Shown: positions 9,782-24,567, numbered from the whole stretch's first letter. The stretch: DNA of 57,396 bases, filler included, from Basidiobolus ranarum (GCA_040143965.1; 7 parts of 7 records of this genome joined end to end with filler, not necessarily neighbours in it), one strand, 5' to 3'. The notes: generated by a model from the sequence alone, not told the origin. Made by a program: numbers and translations.

Positions 9782-12473
9782 TTATGTGCGATAATGTGCC
9801 CTGCCATGATGTGTATAACTAGATGGATCAGGTTGCCACGTTGAAGGAGTGACTTTGCTTTTCTGTGAGTATTGACCATCAATTGGAGTTCTTGAAGTAA
9901 TCTGCGGTGATTGAGTACTGTAATTTCCCGATTGTGACATACGCATATTAGGTGAATAAACTGGCGGTGGAATAGAGGATGCAGAGGAATAGCCCCCTGA
10001 GACGTATCCATTTGGGCTAGAATTCTCTCTACGATATGGAGCACCATAGCTACGATCTGGTGAATAGCCAGGGGCTGTATTTGTAGTAGATGGTGGGGAT
10101 GAAGCCATGTCTGATCTAGAAGTCTGCACATGGGATGGTCCACTCGAACGCTGAAGTCGAAAGAGATTTTATCAACATGAGAAGAGATGAAATATTAAAG
10201 TGCATAAGCCGTACCTCGTATGGACTATAATACGGACTAGAAGTATGTTCTCGTGATTCGTATCTACTTTGATTAGATTGAGGTACTACAGAAGGCTGCG
10301 AATACCTAGAATCGACATGAGTATTGCCGGTATAAGGGGGTTGGGGTGTACTTTGGTGTGATTGACTACGTTGGTCTTGGGGGTGGTGATGGTGATAAAG
10401 GTGTTGGTGTGCATGTGCGTGAGGATGTTGATGGGCGTGTGGACGTTGATGTTGGTGTGGGTGAGGGTGGTGTTGGTGAGGTGTATGATTGTGTTGTGGT
10501 GGATGGTTGTGAGTAAGATGAGCATGTTGATGAGGGGGGTGAGTATGTTGTGGGTGACCATGGCTATGTGGATAAGAATAGGGATGGTTGTGGGTATGGC
10601 TGTGAGCTGAATGACCGTAATGATTCAGAGGGAGTTTTGATGGAAGAGAGGGATCTGTTGATGCTCCAACATTTCCCGGCTTAAGAGTAAGTGCAGGTTC
10701 TTTTTTGGTTTCAGAGTCCTAAGTAAGCAGATAAATGAGCAAAACTGAATTATGTTACTCCGTGGTCTAAATTAGACATACCTTGCTTTGAAGACGATCC
10801 GTATATATCATATAGGCTATATAGGCATGTGTAGCATTTCTTTTGATCTTGGGATCTTGCTAGAAACTAAAGTATCAGTAAAGGTCTAACCCACGAATAG
10901 ACAAAAAACTGGATGTACCATGGACTGATATTTCTTCGAAAAGGCATTGGGCCCCTCAGTTTTTAAAGGCTGGTATGAAGGCTAAATGACTTCATTTAGG
11001 ATATTAAAACATATGAGTCAACTGCAAAGATTGATTTCTTACCTGAGATCCGCGATACCCAGCAACACTATTGTTAGGGAGATCCGAAGTCAAGCCATGA
11101 GCAACAGACTTATACTGAGGACTAGGAGCAGACCCCATCGCTGATGTATTAGAAAGTTGATTGGAGCTGTGATATCTATTGACATTAGAGTAGGAGCCAT
11201 CTGGTCGAGGTAACGATATCTAAAGCACATTGGTGAAGAGAAGCGAAAGTAAATACCACGATATCTTTCCAAACTAAAGAACAATAACTTACACTTTTAT
11301 CGCTAACTAAAGCATTCGTATATCCACTACCCGTGTTAGTGGTAGATGCTGTAATATAATTTTTGGTCAGTAAATCTGTGGATGTTGAACTTCGCAACAG
11401 AAGGTATCAATATTCTTACGATTATTCAGAAGTGAATCAAATCTAGAAGGAGAATGTCTCTTGTTCATAGAAAGCTCAGGTTCAGAAATCAGTCTTTTGT
11501 TAGACGGAGTCCCATAGTTTACTGGATAAGTCTCGGTGACCTAAGTGATAAAGCCATATAAGTTTACTGTAGATAGGAATGCTCCAGTAAACTCGACTTA
11601 CCGTATCAACACCGTCCGATCTTCTTCTTGACAAAGGAGCATTTTCTTGGGAATTTTTAAACTGGTTATCGGTGTATAACAGGTTAGTAAAAACGATAAA
11701 GGATCAAGGCAAGTAAGTTGCTAACATTCTGTAGCGGCGAGTATACTTCAGATCGATTCTCAGATGACTGTAAAGGGTTTTCGTCTACAATTTGGGAAAA
11801 TCAGGATATAAGCAATACACATAAAGTTACTTTAAAACAGTACCTAACAAAGCTGAAATAGACATGAAACTTCCTCTTTTATACCCACTACTGACAGTTG
11901 GGATATTTGGATTTTCCAATTTCTGAGGTTATAAGAAAAACAAATAAATTTCGGTTGAAATGGGTGGTAATATTAGTGGCAATAAAGTACTTGTTTCTGG
12001 GAAGCAAATTCAGGTTCCGAAGGTGTCATATTGGATAATGATGAAACGGCTGCTGCTGCTAGATCTGCTAGATTATCAGCGTGTGGAGTACACTGACTAT
12101 CCTCTTTTTTGGAGGAAGGCTCATTCCAAGTACCGGATTTCTCAGGTTGTGTGTTGTCAGAATTTTGATCAGTTGAAGCAGGTTGACTGAAATTGGCTAG
12201 AGAGACCAGAATAGAACCGGCGGCAGCTGCTAGGGTATCCAATTTAGAAAAATCCGAACCAAAGGTTTCTTGACTGGAGTTTGGAGGGGAGGGTAAGATT
12301 GAGTTGTCATTAGAGAAGTCGGTATTGGTTGGATTTTGTAAGGGAGAGTAATTGTTCTCCATAATTGAGGAGGTTAGGGGAAGCGTAGGGTTGGGGGAAG
12401 GAAAATATTTGGCTTGATTTGGATATGAGTTCTTTTTGATATTGTATTCAGCGATGTTGGCGCTTGCAGGCAT
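9782..12473 (-). CDS. multi-exon, low-complexity, His/Pro-rich protein of unknown function (putative transcriptional regulator)
   Basis: About 10-11 short exons with GT-AG boundaries link ORF 11973-12473 to ORF 9782-10129. Includes KRGSFMSISALL, QDPKIKRNATHAYIAYMIYTDRLQSK and a long H/P/Q tract (HSHTHNHPYSYPHSHGHPQHTHPPHQHAH...HHHHPQ). Confidence 0.75.
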
Positions 12474-12994
12474 TATACAGAAACTGTATCAAGTTCCTCT
12501 TATTCCGACTTAAACTAAATACACTTATTGACGAGGATTAGACGAATGCAACAGTATATATTAGAAGCAGTTGAAGGGTTCTCTTCTGAAGGATTATAAT
12601 GAGTCAAGTAAACGTACAGACTATGTAAAATAGGACAATAACTATCAAAGAAAAAAGGATAAAATTGAGAAAGAACAAAGCTAACTAAGTGTGATGGAGA
12701 GCAAGTTGTACAGGAGGTCCGGAGAAACGTGCCTTGCTCTGGCAGCTAAGAAAAAAAAAGGAATCAGTGTTTCATTTGATACTTGTGTATTAGTTGGATC
12801 TGGTAATTTCCAGCTAAACTGATTCTATTTAGACTTGAGCTGGCTTGCACAACCATACTTACTGTTAATCAACACTGACACCAGCGTCTCACCCCCTCCC
12901 TCACATACTTTATAATACAAGTGATATATGCACGCTGCGAGCACAGATGATGGGTTGGAACTAATTGAAGTTTTGATATCAGTACCAGCTATTC

Positions 12995-13070
12995 AGAATA
13001 GAATAAATAATTTAGAATAGAATGCATACAAATTCACATATATTATTTTAGAATAGAATGCATATAAATA
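12995..13070 (+). repeat. short degenerate tandem repeat (ttagaatagaatgcatayaaat units)
   Basis: agaatagaat occurs three times; ttagaatagaatgcata occurs twice about 36 nt apart. Confidence 0.7.
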
Positions 13071-13099
13071 TCAAGGGTTCTTTTTAGAATAGGCATGTG

Positions 13100-13900
13100 T
13101 GTGTTCCCGCATCCACATCTGCAGCCGCATGTGTGCATCAGTTTCCGCAAATGACTTGATGATTATTCTAAAATTGCCCATTCTGTGAGACGGTACACTG
13201 GTCACAAAGAGTGGTAACATGGCGGCTAGGGCAACATTTAAGGTGGCTGTTTGTTTAATTGGTGTGCCTATCTTGATATTCATCAGTAAAGCTAATTATT
13301 ACTTAATTTGTCCTAATTTCGCGAAAGATCTCCTTCACTGTACATATGGAACTTTAGTGATACTTCCTACTCTATGAGTGTACCTTCAAAGTTCGGAGTT
13401 CTTTGAACAGAGTCTAGTTAACCAAATATGTATGTCTTTTGAGGAGAGCCTGGCTGACGAAGTAAGTATGGCTGATCAGGTAATCCATGCCAAGAATCAA
13501 CCTGCAATTTCACCTCACAACCATGGATGTTTTGTGTGTTGCGATGAAATCTTTAACCCGATTATCTCCTGCTTGTTTCTATCCAGTGACTCAATTTGCT
13601 GTGGTCTACAGAAGAGGCAAAGAAGTGGTAAATCAGGGAAAGAAGTAGCAGTAGCAATTGAGAGCTGTCGTATCCGATGCTTGAGATTTATTGTATAACC
13701 AATCAAGCAAGTTGGGATTAGTTGTTGTTGATGTGGTGGAATGTGGGATTCAAGGAAAACATTGTCTAGTGGCTGCAATGCGAACCTGGAATACACAAGC
13801 GAGTGATTGGGAGGCTTTAAGAAGACTACATAGGAATGATAATGCATCTACTCTCGAGTTTAGTGGAGTCACGACCATACTGTAAAAGGAATTGGCCGTT
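13100..13900 (-). mobile_element. decayed non-LTR (LINE) retrotransposon 3' end, zf-RVT-like
   Basis: Minus ORF 13515-13847 has FLESHIPPH...KHRIRQLSIATATSFPDLPLLCLFCRPQQIES, similar to the FW...IP...LP.R..L....FP...C..C...E zinc-binding tail of fungal LINE ORF2; a simple repeat follows at its 3' side. Confidence 0.4.
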
Positions 13901-14247
13901 TATTTAGAAACTATGGATAATACTTAACATTCGCCAAATTTGTTAAATCTATATTATTGAAGAGTTGTGAGAATGCAGGTGTGGCAATCCTGAAGATACG
14001 CTCTATGCTAATGAGGTTGAGATACTTGCACTGGATCACTTGTAAATCGACTAGCTTGAATACTCATTCTAAAGCGCTATCTATCTATCCCCAACTACCA
14101 TGTCACACTCATGCCCTTTTGTCGATAACACATATAATCTGAATAATTAACTTGATAAAACCACATTCTGTTTACATATTCCATTTTCTATTTTTGACAA
14201 GTAACCATGCGTGAATGCCTTTATTATATACAAAACAAAATGTATTT

Positions 14248-14648
14248 CTATTCTGGTTTAGTATTTTCCTCTGTAGTGCTCTGTCGAGCGGACCAAACGT
14301 CGTGAACCTTTTGAGTACATTCGTAGAGTTCGCGTAAAGTCGCGATGCATTTTTCTGGCTCGCTCTGGTTGGAAGTTAAGCAGGCCTCGTAATCCTGTAC
14401 AGCATATGCGCACTTTAACCTGACCTCTTTCAAAGAGCCAACACTAAATGAACATGTTTGTTAGTAAGCTCAAAGAGAAAGGAGTGTGAAGTGAGTTAGA
14501 CTTACTTATCTTCCGAGCACTTGGTCAAGTCTTGTCTTTGTTGCAGGCAGTCAGTTTCCCAAGTCTCGGGATTTCTTTCGATACAACTTTGGTAGAGTCC
14601 CAACTGTAAGCCACAGTGCTTTACTACTTCGTCCAAGGTCTGATCCAT
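14248..14648 (-). CDS. twin CX9C / CHCH mitochondrial intermembrane-space protein (Mix14/Mic14-like)
   Basis: Two exons: MDQTLDEVVKHCGLQLGLYQSCIERNPETWETDCLQQRQDLTKCSEDN|VGSLKEVRLKCAYAVQDYEACLTSNQSEPEKCIATLRELYEC; four CX9C motifs. Confidence 0.85.
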
Positions 14649-15144
14649 TTTCCAGCTGACTAAGGAATAAGCACCTATTTTACGCAGTTGCTATGTAAGA
14701 AGTCAAAATTTTCAACATTTTGACTCTTGATTATCACCCCATATTTCCATCCATATATATATATGGTAAAGTGGGTTACTGTTAATCAAAACCGATAATT
14801 GCTATTATTGGTTCATTAATTAAATTATATTTTACACATTCAAACATCGTCAAGTAGATTACGTTATTTTACCTGAATATTTACGTTACTAACGGGATCA
14901 TGCATCCCTTGGTTAATAAAGTTTCAAACTAATATCAGATTATTTAGAGCAAACATACAAAGGTGAATCAAACGCCATCAAGTTATTAAATCAAAGCAAG
15001 CAATATCTTCCAGCCCGGCGAAGCTAATGAAGATGTAACACTAATTTAGAGTCAGGTGAAGTCCATACCAATTCATATATATACATGCGATATTTCCTCA
15101 ACCTTACCATACTTCTCCAATTAGTACTAAATTACGTGCAAGTC

Positions 15145-15660
15145 ATGCTTAAGCTTCTTCTCCTCATAGTTACTTTGATCGCCTCTTTCCAAGCAGTATC
15201 CAGTGCCCATTTTTCCGGATATGCTACTTTCAACTTGGGCTCCTCTATGACTAAACGCGATAATACAAAAGGCAAAAAGCAGGACAGTGATTATACCGAT
15301 GGATCAGATAGTAGTAATGACTCTTCAAGCTCATTTTCTGGAGATGGAACTTTCTTTACTCCTGATCATGATGCCTGTTCTAAGAGTGGCAAGACTTCAA
15401 GCACAGGCGACCTGATTGCTGCACTCAGTCATTATCAGTTTAATCAAAAATCTGGACAAGATACGGATCAAGCTTCTTCTTGTGGCCGATGTGTAAAGGT
15501 GTCCGGTCCCTCAGGATCGGTAGTTGTCAGAATTCAAGATCTTTGCGCTTCGTGCTCCAGTGGTGACATTGATATGACACCTTCCGCTTTCGAACATATT
15601 GCCCCTAAAGTGGCTGGAAGAGTCAAAGTTGTATGGAAGCAAGTTAGTTGTAACAAATGA
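15145..15660 (+). CDS. secreted DPBB (RlpA-like/expansin-like, loosenin-type) protein
   Basis: Signal peptide MLKLLLLIVTLIASFQAVSSA; FSGDGTFF..DAC, LIAALS, SCGRCVKVSGPSGSVVVRIQDLCASCSSGDIDMTPSAF, GRVKVVW. Confidence 0.92.
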   Translation: MLKLLLLIVTLIASFQAVSSAHFSGYATFNLGSSMTKRDNTKGKKQDSDYTDGSDSSNDSSSSFSGDGTFFTPDHDACSKSGKTSSTGDLIAALSHYQFNQKSGQDTDQASSCGRCVKVSGPSGSVVVRIQDLCASCSSGDIDMTPSAFEHIAPKVAGRVKVVWKQVSCNK

Positions 15661-16102
15661 AAGTCGGTGGTTTTGTAAGCTATCCAAGCAATAGCAAATT
15701 CTTGGCAGGATAAGAAATAAACGAATTTTGATCGCATCATGTCAATATGCCAGAGTTTTGTTGGTATTCTAAGCTCACTTGTGGAATATATTTTTGACCA
15801 CACAGATAGATAGAAATTAATATGCAGTGCAGTAGTGAGTCCAACTTCAGACATCTATAAATATCTAACTGATCCTAACCCTGGCCGCAATGCTGCTCTG
15901 GATTCCAATCACTATACAAGAATTCAAATCCTTGAACCGAATGTTTATTTAAGAAAGAACGTCACCATTCAATAAACTACAAAAGCGTACAAGTCAAAAT
16001 ATTTTATATTGGAGACATCCTACTTATACCCGTAGCCAGATGGTATAATCGAAGGATTCCTGTTTCAAGAGTAAATATTGATGGACTTCAAACGGTGGCT
16101 GT

Positions 16103-16346
16103 TCAACAGCTAGTTTGCTTCCAGGTGACCTTGACACGTCCATCATTCAAGTCTGCTATCTTCTTGAATGCTGAAGGTGTGAGATCAATGTCTCCGCTAC
16201 GGCAAGGTGCACAGCGATCTCTGATACGAACAACAACAGATCCCTTAGGCCCTTGTACCTTGACACACTTTCCACACATTGATGCCTGATCAGTGTCTTG
16301 GCCAGAACCTTGGCCGAATTGGAAGCGACTAAGAGCTGCAATCATA
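16103..16346 (-). CDS. second DPBB/expansin-like domain, 5' part lost in gap
   Basis: MIAALSRFQFGQGSGQDTDQASMCGKCVKVQGPKGSVVVRIRDRCAPCRSGDIDLTPSAFKKIADLNDGRVKVTWKQTSC; clear paralog of 15145-15660. Confidence 0.9.
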
Positions 16347-16446
16347 NNNNNNNNNNNNNNNNNNNNNNNNNNNNNNNNNNNNNNNNNNNNTTAATTAATT
16401 AANNNNNNNNNNNNNNNNNNNNNNNNNNNNNNNNNNNNNNNNNNNN
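16347..16446. other. assembly gap spacer
   Basis: N44-TTAATTAATTAA-N44. Confidence 0.98.
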
Positions 16447-17532
16447 ATTAGGGTCACGATAGAATGGTGCGCTACCCAAACATTCTGGCAAGTTCACCAA
16501 ATTCCAACCACGACCTTGAAGATATTCGATAGCACGTTGAGCAAGAGGAATGGTTTTGGAGTAACTTTCTGGTCTGAAATCGGCGGTGGTATTCCAAACG
16601 TCATGATTTAAGGAGATGAATTTACCTACTTTAGGATCAGTAGGTCCAGTTTGCTCCACGTATTCCTCATACATCTCATCGATTGTATTGACTGGATCCC
16701 AATCCACAGGATCTACATTCCAAGTTACGACGGTATAACCCATACATTTGAGAATCTTCAGAGCGGAAGCATCGGTGTCACTATAAGGTGGTCTCATACA
16801 AGTAGGCACCTTACCGAGGATTTTAGCGAGAGCATGATTTAATCTGGTCATTTCATAGACGACTTCATCTTCATCAACCGTGATTAAATCCGTATGAGCC
16901 CAAGTATGTGAGCAAATCTGATGACCAGCATTATAAGCACGTTTCACCACATCTGAAAGTTGATAAATACTTAAGGTTGGATTTAGAGTATCAGCATTCT
17001 TTTCATTCAATCCATTCACAAAAAAGGTGGATTTCACTTTCTTGGGATCTAAATAATCCAATAATCCCGGAGTAAGAACACTTGGTCCATCATCGAATGT
17101 TACCGCGAATGTTCCTGGTTGTGTACATCTGGTGATGACTTGGGCTTTAGTTTTATCATCGCATCCACCGTAATTTTTTTGACATTTAGTCCCGTAATGA
17201 TCTGAGGTATAACCACAGTATCCCCATTGACTACAGCATAATCCTGCTGCACAAGAGCCATATTTAGCACCACACTGTTCGTCTAAGTACTTGACAAGTG
17301 GAGTAGCGGTAGCCTTTGAAGTAGTGCTAGCGGTAGTTTTAGTAGAGGTAGAGCTAGTGAGGGCTCGTGCACTTGCAGAAGTGGTAGATTGTCCAGTGCT
17401 TGTAGAACTGATGGTAGTAGATAGGTTTACAGACTTAGGAGCTCCATTTGCTCTTCTGATTTTTTTATGAGGAGCAGCTTCGATAGATGTTGCAGTCAGC
17501 GCAATAAGCAGTAATGGAAGGAAAGACTTCAT
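16447..17532 (-). CDS. secreted chitin deacetylase: signal peptide, S/T linker, CBM18 (hevein) and CE4/NodB domain; 3' end in gap
   Basis: Intronless ORF; CBM18 CGAKYGSCAAGLCCSQWGYCG; CE4 motifs TFDDGP, HTWAH, RPPY, DPVDW, LNHD; ends LPECLG..FYRDPN at the gap. Confidence 0.93.
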
Positions 17533-18733
17533 AGTAAAAACCTCGGATGATTCAACAGAAACTTAAGATTATCACATTGAACATGATTCAATTTATAAAG
17601 AAACTAACCAACTGATGATCCCAAATCTACATGCAAATTGAGTAAACGATATCAGATATGGTCAAGTAATACAAATATGGTGACCACTTTTCTTGATTTG
17701 ATTTGAGCTACTGAACGGCAAGAAATTATGTACTTTTGAGGGATTCATTGGAGAGAAAGATAGTTTGAGTGCCGTTACAGTAACACTGCATAACAAGGTG
17801 CTAGACGAGAATGAGTCCATTTTTACCTAATTTAATCATTGCACTTCAAGTGGTAGACTTTCAAAAGTCTCAACCTTACACCTAGCAAGACAATGATTAC
17901 TTTACGGCCACCTCAATGAGACTTGAAATTTGACTGGTTCCATGATATGCAGAATTGAATTTGAAAAGATTGACGTTATTATGGACTTAAGTGGAGACAG
18001 ACTTCAACTGATCAAATTAGTAAGAAAGGCTGAATAATTGAAAGAGCATCAACTACTTAACAAGAAAATGACCTCCTTGATTTCCCATTGATCAACCGGT
18101 ATTTCTTACGGTTAACTTGATATTCTATTCGAAGTAAAATTTCAAGTAAAACTCCAGTCCCATACAGGTATATTCTAAGCCTCATCTAAAAATAACCTTC
18201 AAATTTATGGTAATTTCAATATCTATTATATTCCGATAAAAAGTCTGGATAAGAAGAAATTGTTTTCCTTGGTTTGCTTATATGTTTGTCAATAAAATCC
18301 CACATTTAGTTTAGCGTATACCTAACCCTAAGTGTTATATATCTATGTGCGATTTTTTTCCTATTTCATTCATCAATGCACGCAACAGGATAGTAACATG
18401 AAGATTGTAGTAGATCATTGGGTGGAGTGACTTTTTGCATGGTAAAATATATTTGAATGTGAAATAAAATCGACGTCCAATAGGGAATCCATAAAATTAG
18501 GAATTCACTGAGTGTGAATTGTAACCAACGAAATGATCGGATGTTGAATTCTGTAGTTAAATGAATGGCATGAATCCTATGTTAAGCATCTAAGCATCCA
18601 TCGATCAGACATTAGTTCACATGTAAAAATTACTCTGAAACACAGGTTTATTATATGTATATATAAGTGTATATATAAATTTTAAAGAGTGTAAGGTATA
18701 CGGAGAAAGTTGGTCATATCGTATGTTATTCCC

Positions 18734-19119
18734 TTAATCGAAGAGACCGAAACCCATATCATCATCAGATTCCTCCTTAGCTTCTTCCTTCTCCTCAACG
18801 GCAGGAGCAGCGTCAGCTGAACCAGAGGCGGCGGCACCACCAGCAGCAGCAGGGGCGGAACCAGCTGAACCAACATTCATCAATAAATCGCTGAGGTTCT
18901 TACCGGCTAAAGCCTTGGCGAAAAGAGAAGCCCAGACAGGCTCAACATCAACACCGGCAGCCTTGGTGAGGGTGGAGAGTTTGTCAGCCTTAAAGAAGGA
19001 GATATTAGTATAAAATACCAAGTTTAAAAAATTCTATCAAATGATGAACGTACGGTGATTTCAACACCGTCATCTTGAAGGATGAGGGAAGCGTATACAA
19101 TAGCTTGTTCGGCGGACAT
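18734..19119 (-). CDS. RPP1: 60S acidic ribosomal protein P1
   Basis: [49 protein letters not shown]...[13 protein letters not shown]; intron 18989-19053. Confidence 0.96.
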
Positions 19120-20390
19120 GACGGAAAAAGCAACGATCGTAAAGGAAGAAGGAAGTTCCCATCATTGTACATCCTTATTTTTGACAAATCATTATCCCGA
19201 GTACAGGAACTTTTTTCAATTTTGTATTTGACTGTTAGTGTTTAGTAATATGGAACTCGAGTAAGTTTGGTAACATTTAGTGGTTCCTTAAAATTGTTTA
19301 AAAATGGAGATTTTCATGGCAATTGTTCACTTTTATATTTCACTTGAATTCTTCAAACTACTTGGTCATTCTCTAGCAATTTGAATTCGTGATTTTATAG
19401 TATGGTTAGGATGAACTTTATCGAAATAATACACAATATACTACAATGCGAGAATCAAATAACCGAGCCACAAAGACTTCAAGTGAGTAATAACTCTCGA
19501 GTTAGTTAAGATACTTCTTGGATTCAAAGTACTGAAGAGTTATTTACTTCTCGCCAGATTTGTCTGTCTAAACTACTTGGTTGTATCGAAATAAACTCAA
19601 CATAACTAGTAATATGAATTCCTGACTTTTGGACAACTTAGCTAGCATGACCCGATGACGTAGAGGGTGTATGTTTATCCTTGAGAGGTGTTGAGTAATT
19701 TCTACATATTACGTATGTCTAGGACACAAAGAGTCAGTTTATTTAGCCAAGATTCTTAACCCGTGGTCAAGTTAAGATTGCAGGGAGGTAGGTTTATTTA
19801 CTATTGGATGAATAAACCAATAATCATTCAGGGAGATCCAATGATTTGTTACACCAGTTAACGGCGAAAGAAATGAACTAATTCCAATAATGGGACAAGA
19901 ATTTAATCAATCAATTTGGTCCACATAACACATTAAACAACGAGCATTTCTTGAATTCATTAGAAGTGAACTAAAACACTTGGGGTAGATACTTTCCAAG
20001 AGAAAACCCAGTTCACTCTATCTTTATTCCTTATTATATATCAATATATATCTCTATTTTTGACTCGGTTGCTTCTTTTTATAAAGTGTAAGTAGGTTAT
20101 ATCTTTGGGTAGAATGTGGGTTCTCGATGGAGTGTTAATCTAGGTTTTCTTTTTTTTCTTCATCCATAGGTTTTTACCCACTTTACCGTAGTCACTTTCA
20201 CTTTCATACACCATAATTTGATAAAGAAAGGGATATTTTCGTGAATAAGGTAAACTACTTTACTATTCTATTAGTTTTAAAAGAAAAGGGAACGTTTGAT
20301 AAAGAAGTAGTTCCATTCAAGTATCATCTTCTCACTAGAGTTTTTTTCTCTTCATTTTCAAGTTTGGTTACACTTCAAAAGTATATCAAC

Positions 20391-23333
<2,943 letters not shown>

Positions 23334-23929
23334 AGAAATTCCTTTATAGCACTAATCTATACTATACCCTTCGCTTCCTCTGCTCCGCTCCCATTCATCT
23401 GTGCTCGTACTTTCATATCCGCTTATGCGCTCATTAAACAACGTGTACACCTTTAGTTTAGCTCTCCCCCTAGTGACATTCATTTATTGTTAATATGTAT
23501 ACGGAATTCTTCTCGGTATTTTCCTTTTTTTTTATTGATTGTTATATCTCACATCACACCTCACTTCTCTATCATTTCGCAAACATTAATATTCCCAATG
23601 AAAGCAATCATCATATCACTTTAAAAGATGAATGTTCCCAATATTTCTATTATTCCATTAGAATACAGGGGTGGTTTTTTTGTATACATCATCACTATGA
23701 ATAGATTTGTGTGAATGATTAGAAAGTATATAAACCAAGGTGTTTGTGTAAAAATGGTTTTTAAGCATATTTAATATTCTAAATTATATCAAGAGTATTG
23801 AATTTAGGACTAACTGAAATGTGGTGATTTAGTAATGATAGCAAGCACACCAATGCAATTCAAATTTCTAATGATATAGTATGGCAGACTGGTAGCTTGG
23901 TAGTTAAAGCTGTTGAAGTATTTTGGGAG

Positions 23930-24140
23930 TTTGTTGGAAGTGGTTTGGAAAACTAGAATTGATGGTTTTTACTTATTGATTTATTGAGTGAAAAATTAAC
24001 ATTTATAGTTGTGTAAGCAAACAAATGTTAAAGTATATGGGATCCTGTTGGAAGTGGTTTGGAGAATTAGAGAAATTGGTGGTTTTCACTTGTTGATATA
24101 TTGAGTAGAAAGTTGGCATTTATAGTTTTGTCAAGATGTA
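23930..24140 (+). repeat. diverged direct repeat, about 117-nt period, 2 copies
   Basis: tgttggaagtggtttgga...catttatagtt at about 23932 and again at about 24046. Confidence 0.85.
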
Positions 24141-24149
24141 AACAGACTG

Positions 24150-24567
24150 ACGTGTAGAATGTGTTAAGGAAAGTCCCAGGAACATATGTGCAAAGTTTGG
24201 GGCTTCTAGCACAAGTTATCAAAATCTATATATCTGAGAACTTCTAAGTTGGTGTCAATATTCTAAGTAAATTCCTTATGAGAATAATGGATAATATCTT
24301 AGTGAAATATAAGATAACTAAGTACCAAGCTGTATATGACTATATAGGTGTTTAGGCAATGCTAATTTCAACAACAAATGTGTGGAATACGTTAAGGAAG
24401 GTCACAGAAACATGTGTGCAAAGTTTGAAGCCTCTAGGACAAGTTTTTCAAACTTATATATCTGAGAACTTCTAAGTTGGTAAAAATATTGCAAGTAAAT
24501 TCTGATGGAGAACAGAGTGATATCTTAGTTCAATATGGAATAACTAAAACTAAGCTATATATGACTA
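24150..24567 (+). repeat. diverged direct repeat, about 228-nt period, at least 2 copies, running into the gap
   Basis: gttaaggaa..gtc.cag.aacat.tgtgcaaagtttg..gc.tctag.acaagtt...tatatatctgagaacttctaagttggt at about 24160 and about 24390. Confidence 0.88.

Noticed and set aside
10362-10610. Val/Met-rich hydrophobic ORF on the plus strand, and the alternative minus ORF 10286-10561
   Set aside because: Antisense and off-frame shadows of the His-rich exon.
20241-20390. 50-aa N-terminal extension of PKC1 in the ORF track
   Set aside because: Starts at GTG in AT-rich leader sequence; the homologous HR1 region begins at ATG 20391.
23930-24567. Possible CRISPR-like array
   Set aside because: Units are over 100 nt, diverged and lack unique spacers; eukaryotic context with no cas genes.
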